From NCBI GenBank assembly GCA_001563805.1, contig LKMK01000001.1, positions 1 through 61,674 of the forward strand: a stretch of DNA of 61,674 bases. The letters run 5' to 3'. Of this stretch, positions 50,311-60,555 are shown one piece after another; the stretch's first letter is position 1, and every line of letters starts with the position of its first letter. The DNA is from Natrialbaceae archaeon B1-Br10_E2g2. Its GTDB lineage: Archaea > Halobacteriota > Halobacteria > Halobacteriales > Natrialbaceae. A program made the translations under genes and the position numbers. Under the pieces are notes generated by a model. It ran no database searches. It was not told the origin of the DNA and saw nothing but the letters and a program-made list of their open reading frames with translations.

Positions 50311-52725
50311 TCACCCAACCAGCCGTTCCCACAGCAACAGCGTCGGCGGCAACACGAGGATCGCCATCAGGTACGAGTAGATCACGCTGATCACCATCAG
50401 GAAGCCGAACTGCCCCAGCAACGGCGTGATCGCCAGGACGAGCGATCCCGCGCCGCCGAGCGTCGTCAGCATCGAACCGGTGAGCGCGCCGCCGGTTCCC
50501 CCGAGCGTGATCAGTAACGACTCGTAGCCGTCGCCACTGTCGTTGTACTCGTCGATGAAGCGGTGGGTGACGTGGACGGAGTACGCGACCCCGACCCCGA
50601 TCGTGATCGACAGCACGGTCCCCGTCAGGGCGTTCAGCGGGATGTCGAGCAGCGGCATCGTCCCGCCGAGCACGCCCACCGTCACCAGGATCGGGACGAG
50701 ATTCGCCACCCCGAGCGAGGCTCGCCCCTCGAGGACGTGGTAGATGACCATCAGAAACACCGCCGTGAAGACGATCGCGAGCCCGAGACTCTCGAGCGAG
50801 GACGCGAGGATTAGCTCCGAGATCTCGTGGAAGACGACGATCTCGCCGGTCGGCGTCGCCTCGAGGCGGTAGTCGGCGGCGAGTTCCTCGGCGTCGGCAG
50901 TGACCTCGGCCTGGGTCGCATCGGCCTCGACGGTGTAGATCACGCGGGTGCTGCGTTGGTCCTCGGTGACGTACTCGAGGGCGTCGTCACGGGATTCGGA
51001 GGTCAGCAACTGCTCGAGGAGGAACTCGACGTTTCGGTCGGGGACGCCGGTGCCACTGACGTCGTTGGCCGCGAGGGCGCGCGCGTAATCCTCGTCCTCC
51101 CTGGCGTGGGCGTGCATGACGTCGACGACGCTCTCGCTCTCGGCGACGGTTCCGTCAGTGACGATCGTCGACGGCGGGTCCTCGCCGGCGCGGTGGACGG
51201 ACTCCAGAGCGTGATCGGCCGCTATCGGCCCCTCGACGTAGACCGTCACCTCGTCGTCCTCGCCGCTCTCGAAGTTCTCCTCGAGGTAGGTGATCGTCGC
51301 CGTCGAGGTGTACTCCGAGGGGCCGAGCGCGCCGGGGAGCGACTCGACGTAGTCGGGCAGCTCTTCGGGCGGGAGGAAGTCCTCCTCTTCGAAGGTCGTG
51401 TCGACGGTCGTCGCGTATGCGACACCGCCACCGGTGACGAGGAATGCGACGAGGAGCAAGGCGATCGGCGCTCGCTTGCCGAGGTGGGCGCCGACGGGAA
51501 GCACTCGGCCGAGCAGGGAGTCCTCGGAGCCGAGCGGCGACGTGTCGAACGCCGGGAGATCGTGACGCTCGCGGAATCGATCGAGGACGACCTTCGCCGC
51601 GGGGAGGAAGATGCCGAAGATGAGAAACGTGAAGATGATGCCGACGCTGGCCACGAAGCCGAACTCCCTGATGGGCTCGAGGCCGCTCGTGACGTTCGCG
51701 CCGAAGCCGATGACGGTCGTCCCCGTCACGATGAAGAAGGCGACGAGCAGTTGCGTGGTGGCTTCCGCCATGCCGTCTTCGATCCCCGCCCCCGCGACGC
51801 GCTCTTCCCGGTATCGGTTGACGGCGTGAATGCCGAAGTCGATCCCGATCGCGAGCAACAGCGGCGGGATGGCGATCATCATGTCGGTGAACGCGATCCC
51901 CGCGTAGCCGGTGAATCCGAACGTCCAGACGACGGCCATCAGGAGCGAGACCAGCCCGAGCACCAGATCGAACGGGTCCCGGTACGCCGAGATCAGGAAC
52001 CCGAGGATGAGCACGATCACGACGGGGACGATGATCGCGAGTGAATCCTCGATGACGTTCTCGAACTCCGTATCGAGGATGCCACCGCCGAAGACGACGA
52101 TCTCGCCGTCGGCGGAGTCGGCGGCCGCCTGTGTGCGGAACTGAACCGCCTCTTCGTCGGCGTTCCCGTCGTGAGTCGCCGTGGCGACCGTCGCCGACGC
52201 CGACGGCTCCTGTGGGCTGAAGTCGTCGCTCACCGAGGCGGCGAACGACGACTCCGCACCCAGTTCGCGAACCGTCTCTCGAACCTCGGCGTCGTCGGCG
52301 CGCTCGAGCGTCCGGAGCTGGTCGTCGCGGGTCGTCGCGGTCGGATCGATCGACTGGGCGACCGACTCGGCGATGCTCGAGGTCTCCTCGACCCGGTAGT
52401 CGTCGCCGTCCTCGAGGTGTCGCTGGAACTCGAGGAGCCGGATCAGCGCATCCCGCGTGAGGACGTTCTCACCCCGCTGGATGAGCTGTGTCGTCGGGGC
52501 GTCGTCCTCGAACGGCGCCTCGAACTCCTCGTCGATCTGCTCCTGGGCCTCGTGGGCGTCGACGCCCTCGACGAACGCCTCGAACCCCTCGTCCATCTCG
52601 ATGTCGCCGAGTCCGCCAGCGAACAGCGCCGTCACCAGCAGAAAGGAGACGATGACGGTTCCGGACCGCTCCGTGATCAGGTGGTTGCAGGTCTCGAGAA
52701 TCCGTTCGAGTGGGCCGGGAGCCAT
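50311..52725 (-). CDS. RND/MMPL superfamily transporter
   Basis: Two repeats of TM, extracellular loop and five TM; LLAIGIDFGIHAVNRY and IGVGVAYSVHVTHRF; start ATG 52725. Confidence 0.9.
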   Translation of the reverse strand: MAPGPLERILETCNHLITERSGTVIVSFLLVTALFAGGLGDIEMDEGFEAFVEGVDAHEAQEQIDEEFEAPFEDDAPTTQLIQRGENVLTRDALIRLLEFQRHLEDGDDYRVEETSSIAESVAQSIDPTATTRDDQLRTLERADDAEVRETVRELGAESSFAASVSDDFSPQEPSASATVATATHDGNADEEAVQFRTQAAADSADGEIVVFGGGILDTEFENVIEDSLAIIVPVVIVLILGFLISAYRDPFDLVLGLVSLLMAVVWTFGFTGYAGIAFTDMMIAIPPLLLAIGIDFGIHAVNRYREERVAGAGIEDGMAEATTQLLVAFFIVTGTTVIGFGANVTSGLEPIREFGFVASVGIIFTFLIFGIFLPAAKVVLDRFRERHDLPAFDTSPLGSEDSLLGRVLPVGAHLGKRAPIALLLVAFLVTGGGVAYATTVDTTFEEEDFLPPEELPDYVESLPGALGPSEYTSTATITYLEENFESGEDDEVTVYVEGPIAADHALESVHRAGEDPPSTIVTDGTVAESESVVDVMHAHAREDEDYARALAANDVSGTGVPDRNVEFLLEQLLTSESRDDALEYVTEDQRSTRVIYTVEADATQAEVTADAEELAADYRLEATPTGEIVVFHEISELILASSLESLGLAIVFTAVFLMVIYHVLEGRASLGVANLVPILVTVGVLGGTMPLLDIPLNALTGTVLSITIGVGVAYSVHVTHRFIDEYNDSGDGYESLLITLGGTGGALTGSMLTTLGGAGSLVLAITPLLGQFGFLMVISVIYSYLMAILVLPPTLLLWERLVG

Positions 52726-52729
52726 TGGG

Positions 52730-54664
52730 TCAGTCGTCTCGAGGACGGTCGGTGCGGTCTGACGGACGGCCGTCGTCGAGGATGTCGGGCTCGCCGGCCG
52801 ACCCGCTCGAGCCGTCGAGGGGGTCGACCGCCTCGGCCGCGGCCACGTCGCGCTCGTCGAACGACGCCTCCGCCTCGCGTACGCCGTCGTCGAGTCCGTC
52901 ACCGGTCCCGGGATCGTTCCCCGTCGGGCCACCGACGAGCGGGAGTCGGTCGACCCACGACGGGGACTCGGCGTGGGGCAGCCGCTCGAGATACGGGACG
53001 CCCTCGAGAGAGGGCTCGAGGCGCGCCCGGAACCACCAGGCGGCTCCGAGAACGGTCAGGAGCCCGGCGCCGACCCCGATCCACAGCGCCGGGAGCCCGT
53101 CGTCGTCGGGCTCGCTGACGTCGATCGGGACCCGATAGGTGTCGGTGAGCTGAGAATTCGAGCGCTCGTCGTCGTACCGGAAGTCGAGTCGGAGCGGATA
53201 GGTCTGGGGCGTCGCGTCGTCCTCGACGGCGACCTCGAAGGCGACGGTCGCCGTCTCGCCGGGGGCGAGTTCGGGGACGAAGCCCTCGTCGTCGTCGCTG
53301 TCCAGCGGGTCGTTCGTGAACAGCTTCGCCTCGAGGTCGGTCAGCGTCTCGTCTTTCCGGTTCGTCACCTCGAGTTCGATCGTACGCGTTTCGCCCACCT
53401 CGTAGCTCGCATCGATCGCCTCGACGTCGAACTCGTCGCGTTCGGGGGCGACGTCGACCTCGAGGTCGACGGGATCGTTCGTCATCCGAACGTCGTCGTG
53501 GACGTTCCGGTAGCGCACGTCGGCCTCGACCACGCGTGGGCCGGGTTCGGCCTCGCTCCCGATGCCGAAGCGGAACTCGAAGGGGGCGGCCTCGCCGGGT
53601 TTCAGGTCACCGACGGCGTACTGCGTCTCGCGGGGGTAGACGTTCGACGCGCTGCCGAGGCCGTCCTCGAAGTCGGGGACGAACTCCGTCCCCTCGCCGT
53701 CGCTGATCGTCAACACAGCGTTGTCGACCGGGTACGGGCCGTCGTTGGTGACGTCGCCGCGTACGGTGCCGTCCTCGCCGACGTGGAGGTCGCCGGTCAC
53801 GTTCCCGAAGCCGAACGACTGGGCGTCACTGGCGGGCGCACCCACACGAACCTCTCGGGAGACCTGGTCGACGCCGCGGTCGTCGCGGAACTCGACCGTC
53901 ACGGAGACGGGATACGTTCTGGCGATGGCGTCGTCGTCGAGTTCCATCGCAGCCGTCACCGTCTCCGTCTCGTCAACGCCCCACTCGCCGACGTACTGTT
54001 CGCTGCCGTCGGTCTGGATCTCCGAGTCGTCGACCGTCTCTTCGACCGGGGCGACGTTCTCGTCGGGGGAGTCGAACCGGACCACCGCATCGCTCGCGTT
54101 CTCGACGCCGGTATTGGTGAGGTCGATGTCGACGATCCCGCGGTCGCCGACGATCAGGTCGGACTCGACCGCTCCCGCCTCGAACCGTGCCTGCTCCTCG
54201 ACGACGACCTCGAACGTCACTTCGTCGGTATCAGTCCGCTCGCTCCCGCTCGAGGTCGAGTGTGTGTACGTGTATTCGATCTCGGCGGTCAGCTCGTACC
54301 TTCCCGCCTCGGCGTCCTCGTCGACGGCGATCGTGAACGACTCCGAGAGCAACGTCTGGGCGGACATCGTCGGCTGGGGGCTCTCCTCCGTCGTGACGTC
54401 GATCGGTGCGTCCCCGGCATCGAGCGTCACGGTCACGTCCCTGGCCTCGGTCCGCGGAATCTCGCCGGCGTCGGTGTCGTCTTCTTCCTCGGCCGACGCC
54501 GCGTTTCGGATCTCGAGCTCGAGGTCCGTCTCCTCGCCCGGTTCGACGATGTTCTCCGGGACGTAGACCTCGAAATCCGGCGTGCTGGAGGCGGAAACAA
54601 CGAGTGGGGAGCCGGCCAGCACCAGTAACACGAGGCCAAGGGCAACGAACTGGAGCCGTCTCAT
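52730..54664 (-). CDS. COG1361 S-layer-domain surface protein with C-terminal TM anchor
   Basis: Signal peptide, repeated Ig-like units (VGDLKPGE, VPELAPGETAT, YPLRLDFRY), TM near residue 520. Confidence 0.85.
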   Translation of the reverse strand: MRRLQFVALGLVLLVLAGSPLVVSASSTPDFEVYVPENIVEPGEETDLELEIRNAASAEEEDDTDAGEIPRTEARDVTVTLDAGDAPIDVTTEESPQPTMSAQTLLSESFTIAVDEDAEAGRYELTAEIEYTYTHSTSSGSERTDTDEVTFEVVVEEQARFEAGAVESDLIVGDRGIVDIDLTNTGVENASDAVVRFDSPDENVAPVEETVDDSEIQTDGSEQYVGEWGVDETETVTAAMELDDDAIARTYPVSVTVEFRDDRGVDQVSREVRVGAPASDAQSFGFGNVTGDLHVGEDGTVRGDVTNDGPYPVDNAVLTISDGEGTEFVPDFEDGLGSASNVYPRETQYAVGDLKPGEAAPFEFRFGIGSEAEPGPRVVEADVRYRNVHDDVRMTNDPVDLEVDVAPERDEFDVEAIDASYEVGETRTIELEVTNRKDETLTDLEAKLFTNDPLDSDDDEGFVPELAPGETATVAFEVAVEDDATPQTYPLRLDFRYDDERSNSQLTDTYRVPIDVSEPDDDGLPALWIGVGAGLLTVLGAAWWFRARLEPSLEGVPYLERLPHAESPSWVDRLPLVGGPTGNDPGTGDGLDDGVREAEASFDERDVAAAEAVDPLDGSSGSAGEPDILDDGRPSDRTDRPRDD

Positions 54665-54747
54665 TACGTGTCTGTTCCGATAGCTGACTCATCAACCTTT
54701 CTATTACAAACCACAACCTTGTTGTTTCTTCTTTCGGAAGGTGGGGT

Positions 54748-55551
54748 ATGGACGACGAACGAGCCGAGTTGCTGGCCGAACTCGGCCTCTCGAACTACGA
54801 GGCGCGAGCGTTCGTGACCCTCACGCGACACGGGGCGATGACGGCCGACGAGGTCGCTGCGGAGTCAAACGTTCCGCGAGGGCGGGTCTACGACGTGTTG
54901 AACGCCCTCGTCGACCGCTCGCTCGCCAGAGCCGACGACGGACGACCACGAACCTACACGCACGTCGAGCCGGCCGAAGCGGTCGACCGACTCTTGGCGC
55001 GCCGGGTCGACGAACTCGACCAGCAGCGGTCGGCCTACGAGCGAACGGCGTCGGCCGCCGAGGAGTCCCTCTCGTCGGTTCGATCGACCGCGGGTGCCGA
55101 GGGGTTTGCCACCAGCGCCCTCCACGACGATGCCGCCCGGGACCTGTTGCTCGAGCGCTTCGCCGCGACCGACGAGTCGATCCGCATCGCCGTCGACACC
55201 GTCGACGTCGGGCCGGAGTGGCGGGAGGCGTTCACGACCAGGCTCGCCGAACTGCTCGAGGTCGGCATCTCGATGCGACTGCTCGCGACCGACCTCTCGA
55301 ACGCGACGGACCGTCTGGAGACCATCGTGGACCAGGGACTCGAGGTGCGACGCGCTCCCCACCTGCCGGCCCAGCGGTTCATCGTCTTCGACGACCGCGA
55401 GGTCTGTCTCGAGGTGCTCAATCCCACGGTCGACGACGAACTCCTCGCGGTCGTCAACTTCCGGGACGACGACCTCGCAGCCGGTCTCGCGGCCAGTTTC
55501 GACGAACTCTGGGAGGAAGCCGACGACTGGCCGCTCGAGTCCGACGGGTAG
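54748..55551 (+). CDS. TrmB family transcriptional regulator
   Basis: LGLSNYEARAF, VPRGRVYDVLNAL, GRPRTY, RFIVFD; divergent from the COG1361 gene. Confidence 0.92.
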   Translation: MDDERAELLAELGLSNYEARAFVTLTRHGAMTADEVAAESNVPRGRVYDVLNALVDRSLARADDGRPRTYTHVEPAEAVDRLLARRVDELDQQRSAYERTASAAEESLSSVRSTAGAEGFATSALHDDAARDLLLERFAATDESIRIAVDTVDVGPEWREAFTTRLAELLEVGISMRLLATDLSNATDRLETIVDQGLEVRRAPHLPAQRFIVFDDREVCLEVLNPTVDDELLAVVNFRDDDLAAGLAASFDELWEEADDWPLESDG

Positions 55552-55594
55552 AGCTGTCCAGGCGGGTGAAAACGATCGTTGCTCGGGAAACCGC

Positions 55595-56731
55595 TCAGAC
55601 GCCGAACGTCGCCCGCAGCATGTCACGGGTTCCGGGCCCGAGGCCGACCGCGACGACGGTGATCATCAGCAACATCGCATAGCGTGGACTGTCCTCGAAG
55701 ACCGTCTCGTCGAAGATCCAGATAACGACGACCGCCGCGGCGAGTTTGACGAAGAGGAACGGCCAGGCCTGCCCGGTAACGGCGGCGATGTCGGCCGGGA
55801 GGATCGATCCGGTGACGTTGACGATCGCCTCGTTGACCGGATGTTTGGGGACCAGATTCTGGTCGTGACCGAACGCGACGGCCCAGTCGAGGCCGATGAC
55901 GTTCGCGACGCCGTCGACCGCGTGCGCCCAGATGACCACGAGTCCCATGTTACGCGTGCCGCGGTTGATGTCCGGTGCGAACCGTTTGATGGCGACCCAC
56001 GTGAGCCACGTGGCGACCGTCGCCCCCACGAGTGTCGTGATCAGGAGCCACGGGTAGAAGGTCGCGTACGGTTCGAACGCAGCGATCCAGCCGAGATAGC
56101 CGAGCGTCCCCGCGAGCAGCACGGTCCCGATTCCGGCCAGCGGGTACTCATAGCCCGAGACGTGGCCCCTCCGGTCGAGCCAGACCGAGACGACGAGCGC
56201 GATCAGCGCGATGAAGAAGACGGTGAAGTAGATCAGCGGGCTGATGAGAAAGCCGGACCACGGGAGTTCGATGGCGAGTTCACCCGTATCGCGGTAGGCC
56301 GCGACGTTCGCGTCCTCGACGGTGCGAAGTGCGCCGCCGAACAGCATGAACGGGAACAGGGCGTAAAAGCCCGCACGGTAGCGTTCGATCTCGAACCGCC
56401 GGCCGGCGAGGACGATCCCGACCAGCAACAGGATGAGCGTCGGAACGTAGCCCGCATAGGAGACGAACGTGTAGCCAGGTGAGGCGGTCGGACCGGTATC
56501 CTCGCCCGCTTGCGCAGCTTCGCTGCACTCCATCTCGGCGCCACCGGCCCAGTCGACGCAGGCCCAGCCGTGGGCGTCGGCGACGACCGGACCCCAGTAG
56601 TACTGCCAGATGAGGTCGACGTAGACCCGCTGTGGGAACGCGAGCGCGGCCGCCGTGATCCCGACAACGAGGACGAGGACGGTGACGGCCCAGACCCTCA
56701 CTGGACCGTACCGCTCGACGTAGTCGTACAT
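55595..56731 (-). CDS. DUF63 family membrane protein
   Basis: [46 protein letters not shown]. Confidence 0.85.
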   Translation of the reverse strand: MYDYVERYGPVRVWAVTVLVLVVGITAAALAFPQRVYVDLIWQYYWGPVVADAHGWACVDWAGGAEMECSEAAQAGEDTGPTASPGYTFVSYAGYVPTLILLLVGIVLAGRRFEIERYRAGFYALFPFMLFGGALRTVEDANVAAYRDTGELAIELPWSGFLISPLIYFTVFFIALIALVVSVWLDRRGHVSGYEYPLAGIGTVLLAGTLGYLGWIAAFEPYATFYPWLLITTLVGATVATWLTWVAIKRFAPDINRGTRNMGLVVIWAHAVDGVANVIGLDWAVAFGHDQNLVPKHPVNEAIVNVTGSILPADIAAVTGQAWPFLFVKLAAAVVVIWIFDETVFEDSPRYAMLLMITVVAVGLGPGTRDMLRATFGV

Positions 56732-56834
56732 ATCCGAACTCCATCGGGGCTGACGCTTACCGTTTCCGATTTCTCACGTCAGCCGATAGACGACCGCCTC
56801 AGGAACGGATCCGATCGTCCAGCCGGATCTGCGC

Positions 56835-57638
56835 CTACTGGCCGTCGATCGCTCGAGCCGCAGCGAGCAACTCGTCGTGGATCTCGCCGTTCGACGCGAC
56901 GATCCCCTCGCTGTCGTGGCGCCATCGATCGCCCTCGAGGTCGGTTACGACGCCGCCGGCCTCGCGGACCAATGCGACGCCCGCGACGCTGTCCCAGGGG
57001 TTCATCCGAAGGTCGGTGACGACGCCCTCGAGCGCCCCCGAGGCGACCATCCCGAGCTCGAGCTGGGCGGAGCCGAACCGGCGGATGTCGGCAAAGCGTG
57101 TGACCAGTTCACGCGTCGCCGCAGCGTACTGCTCGCGCTGGTCGTAGTCCCACCAGAAGGTCGGGCAGATCGTGGCCGCCTCGGGATCGGCACAGTCGCT
57201 GACCGAGATCGGCTGGTCGTTTCGGGAGACGCCGTCCGGTCCGGATCGGTACGTATCGGACAACGCCGGACAGACCGTCGCGGCGGCCACGGGTTCGCCG
57301 TCGACGACAGCCGCCACGGCGGTCGCGAACGTCCGGGTACCGACGACGAAGTTGTTCGTCCCGTCGATCGGGTCGACGATCCAGGCGGCACCCGACTCGG
57401 GGACGCGCTTGAGCGCCCCCTCCTCCTCGCCGACGACGGGTTCGTCGGGATACGTCTCGCCGACCGAGTCGATCACGGCCGCCTGGGCGTCCCGGTCGGC
57501 CTGGGTCACGACGTCCGTCTTTCCGTCCTTCCGTTCGACCTCGAGTGCCGTCCGAAACGCCTCACCCGCGATCGCTGCACCTGCCTCGGCCGCACGACGG
57601 GCGACGGTCGCCCGCCGGCCCGGTTCGCGTTTGCTCAT
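56835..57638 (-). CDS. Inositol monophosphatase family protein
   Basis: VTQAD, GEE, WIVDPIDGTNNF, RRFGSA, PWDSVAG; start ATG 57638. Confidence 0.93.
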   Translation of the reverse strand: MSKREPGRRATVARRAAEAGAAIAGEAFRTALEVERKDGKTDVVTQADRDAQAAVIDSVGETYPDEPVVGEEEGALKRVPESGAAWIVDPIDGTNNFVVGTRTFATAVAAVVDGEPVAAATVCPALSDTYRSGPDGVSRNDQPISVSDCADPEAATICPTFWWDYDQREQYAAATRELVTRFADIRRFGSAQLELGMVASGALEGVVTDLRMNPWDSVAGVALVREAGGVVTDLEGDRWRHDSEGIVASNGEIHDELLAAARAIDGQ

Positions 57639-58060
57639 TGGTGATCGTCGGCGGTCGTGGTGAAAAGAGGTGGCGATTCGACCGTGCCTATCCACCTACG
57701 GCAGGAGTCGCTCGTGTCGGCACCTGCTCGCCGACTCGAGTGCAACGCAGCGATCACGACCCCCTGTACGTCGGTATCCAGCTTCGAGACGCCGGTTCTG
57801 CCAGTATCTTTATATCGAAACGGCCGAGCATGTCGAATCATAGTCGAACACTCTCGTATGTGTGCGTACACATCGCTTCGGACACACGGTGGGGGGGATT
57901 CCGGACAGCCAGCCGCTGGGACCGACCGCCGGTCGAGCCAGCCCATCTGCCACCGGAGTCGCCAGATAGCGACGACACGCGGACACGATCGGTCGACAGG
58001 GGCGCTCGAGTCGACGTTGACAGGGCCGTCCGCGTGCCGGCTCGGCCCCGGAGGGCCGAC

Positions 58061-59743
58061 ATGAACGGCGAAAGCGAGAGTGACGAACACCGAGATCCCA
58101 CGACCGTCGACCCTGCCCGACAGCGGTCGTTTCACGTGCTCTACGTCGACGCAGACCCCGACGCCGGGCGACACGTCAAGTCCGAACTCGCCCCGAGGTA
58201 TCCGGTGACGACCGCCGGCCCGCTCACCGAGGCCGCCGACGCGACCGACCCGGGCGTCGACTGTGTGGTAGTCGCCACCCCGCTCACCGACAGCAACGGC
58301 CTGCGCTTCCTCGAGCAGGTCCGTACCGTCTGGTCGGACCTGCCGGTGATCCTGTTCGGACCCACGCCCGACGCCAGCGTCCTCGAGGGACTGCTCGCGG
58401 CGGACACCGCCGCGGTCGTCCCGAGGGTCGACGATGGGTCAGTCCCCTCCGAGCGAGCGCTCGACAGACTCCGATCACAGCTCGACGAACAGTACGAACG
58501 GTCGATCTCGGACGTCCGGGAGACGGTCCTCGACATCGCCCGGTCGCTGATGTCCGCGGCGCCGGACGAGATCGATGTCGAGATCGAGTGGGCGCTGAAG
58601 CTCATCGGCCGGCGGCTCGACGCCGACCGCTGTCTGGTCTTCGAGTGTCACGAGGAGTCCCTCGAGCGAATCTACGCCTGGACCGACGACGAGAGCCGAC
58701 CCCTGGGCCCCGAACGGGTGGCCACCGACTCGTTCCCGGGGTTCGAGACGACGATCCAGTCGTTCGACCCGGTCGCTGTCCCGTCGAAATCGACGTCCCC
58801 GCTGGAGGTCGACGTCCCCGAGGAGTTCGTCGGCTCCGTCCTTCCGGGCGGCGACTGGTCCGACTCGGTCGACGACGCCAGCGACCACCCCTACCTCAGC
58901 GAGCGCGACCTCGAGTCGCTGTTGGCGGTGCCGATCGTCGCCGACTGGGAGCTGGTGGGCGTGCTGGCGATCGAACAGGAGACGCGACGGCCCTGGCCGC
59001 GGTCGTTACAACAGCAGCTGAAGACGCTCGGCGAACTCGTCTGGTATACGCTCGAGCGCGAGGAGCGCCGGCGCGAACTCGCCCGACAGAACGAGCGACT
59101 CGAGCGCTTTTCCGCCGTCGTCAGTCACGACCTGCGAAATCCGCTGAACGTCCTCTCGGGATACGCGGAACTCGTCGCTGAGACCGGCGACACCGGGTAC
59201 ATCGACGAGGTGCTCACGTCCGTCGATCGCATGGAAACGATGATCGACGACCTCCTGACGCTCGCCCGGGACGGCGAGACCGTCGACGACCCCAGGCGGG
59301 TCGACCTCGACGAGCTCGTCACCGCAGCCTGGGACGGCGTCGAAACCGGCGAGGCCACGCTCGAGACCGGAGCGCTCGAGTCGGTCGAGTGCGACCCCGG
59401 GCGGCTCAGACAGCTCCTCGAGAACCTGTTTCGAAACGCCATCGAACACGGGTCACCACAGGGAGACGCCGCTGCCAGTGACGGGACGGAGTCCGACGAT
59501 CCACCCGTAACCGTCCGCGTCGACGGGACCGCCGACGGGTTCGTCGTCGAGGACGACGGCCCCGGGATCCCGCCCGAGAAACGCGATGCCGTCTTCCGTG
59601 AGGGCTACACGGGTGGCGGTGGCACCGGACTCGGCCTCTCGATCGTCGAAACCATCGTCGAGGCACACGGCTGGTCGGTCTCGATAGACTCCGGCAGCCT
59701 CGGCGGTGCCCGGTTCACGTTCGTCACCGACGAGGACACCTGA
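58061..59743 (+). CDS. Cytoplasmic sensor histidine kinase: degenerate receiver-GAF-HisKA-HATPase
   Basis: SHDLRNPL H-box, LENLFRNA N-box, DDGPGI, GTGLGL; start ATG 58061 inferred. Confidence 0.9.
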   Translation: MNGESESDEHRDPTTVDPARQRSFHVLYVDADPDAGRHVKSELAPRYPVTTAGPLTEAADATDPGVDCVVVATPLTDSNGLRFLEQVRTVWSDLPVILFGPTPDASVLEGLLAADTAAVVPRVDDGSVPSERALDRLRSQLDEQYERSISDVRETVLDIARSLMSAAPDEIDVEIEWALKLIGRRLDADRCLVFECHEESLERIYAWTDDESRPLGPERVATDSFPGFETTIQSFDPVAVPSKSTSPLEVDVPEEFVGSVLPGGDWSDSVDDASDHPYLSERDLESLLAVPIVADWELVGVLAIEQETRRPWPRSLQQQLKTLGELVWYTLEREERRRELARQNERLERFSAVVSHDLRNPLNVLSGYAELVAETGDTGYIDEVLTSVDRMETMIDDLLTLARDGETVDDPRRVDLDELVTAAWDGVETGEATLETGALESVECDPGRLRQLLENLFRNAIEHGSPQGDAAASDGTESDDPPVTVRVDGTADGFVVEDDGPGIPPEKRDAVFREGYTGGGGTGLGLSIVETIVEAHGWSVSIDSGSLGGARFTFVTDEDT

Positions 59744-59857
59744 GGGGCCTCGTGACGAGCCCTGCTGCGCCTGCGTCTCGAGCGTTCGGACGGCCGTCCG
59801 GCTCTCGATCGAGGAGCACCGAAAAGCTTTGCGAGGGAAGATCCCGCGTAGGACCTT

Positions 59858-60012
59858 CTGCATCTCGTTTGACGCGTTTTGCGTCTCACTGCGATGCGAG
59901 GGGAGGGAATCGAACCACGGTCGCAGGAAACCTGCTCCCTGATTCGAGCTCTCCTGCATCTCGTTTGACGCGTTTTGCGTCTCACTGCGATGCGAGGGGA
60001 GGGAATCGAACC
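59858..60012. repeat. Exact 59-bp direct repeat (period 96) containing the tRNA-Leu 3' end
   Basis: CTGCATCTCGTTTGACGCGTTTTGCGTCTCACTGCGATGCGAGGGGAGGGAATCGAACC at 59858-59916 and 59954-60012. Confidence 0.95.
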
Positions 60013-60073
60013 CACGAACGTCTACACGAGCGGATCTTGAGTCCGCCGCCGTTGGCCGCTTGGCTACCCTCGC
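59991..60073 (-). tRNA. tRNA-Leu(CAA)
   Basis: Reverse complement GCGAGGGTAGCCAAGCGGCCAACGGCGGCGGA-CT CAA GA-TCCGC, long variable arm, GTTCGATTC, CCCTCGC-A. Confidence 0.95.
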
Positions 60074-60555
60074 ACGCACTCCGTCGTAGGCGCGTGGTGT
60101 TTGAATACTCTGCGATTTTCCGGCATCGGGCCTGAGCCTCGAGACACGTCTCGGTCGATTCTGCGAGCCCGGGGACACGAGAGCGGATCGACGTTCGTCA
60201 GAGGCCGTCTCGGGGAGTTTGCACTTCGTCTCGCAAATCCATACACCGGTGGGTACATCTGAACGATACTGTCGTTCGACTAACGGATCGTGAAACGCCA
60301 TCTCACACAACGTTTATTGACGGTGCTGTCGTTCAGTGGGGTATGCACGCTGTGAGTTCCAGCGCGTCCCGAATCGGTGGCCAGACGAGCGTTATCGCCG
60401 CCTCCGCCTTTAATTTCGGGAAATTTACACGCAAACTCACAGCACGAGGCCCCAATCGGACGAACGGCTGGGACGGCTACGGTTCGCCCCGGTCTGTACG
60501 AGATCGTCCACCCTATTCCCCACCGGCCTCGGGTCATGGCCATCGTCGGTAAGCG

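Noticed and set aside
52726-52932. N-terminal extension of the RND ORF
   Set aside because: Overlaps the COG1361 C-terminus in another frame; ATG 52725 follows its stop by 4 nt
57545-58060. N-terminal 172-aa extension of the histidine kinase in the ORF track
   Set aside because: Overlaps the IMPase gene and its promoter; Arg/Pro-rich and non-acidic; ATG 58061 fits better
59858-60012. Repeat-spacer-repeat pattern as a mini CRISPR array
   Set aside because: The repeat is 59 bp, derives from the tRNA 3' end, has only two copies, and no cas genes are present
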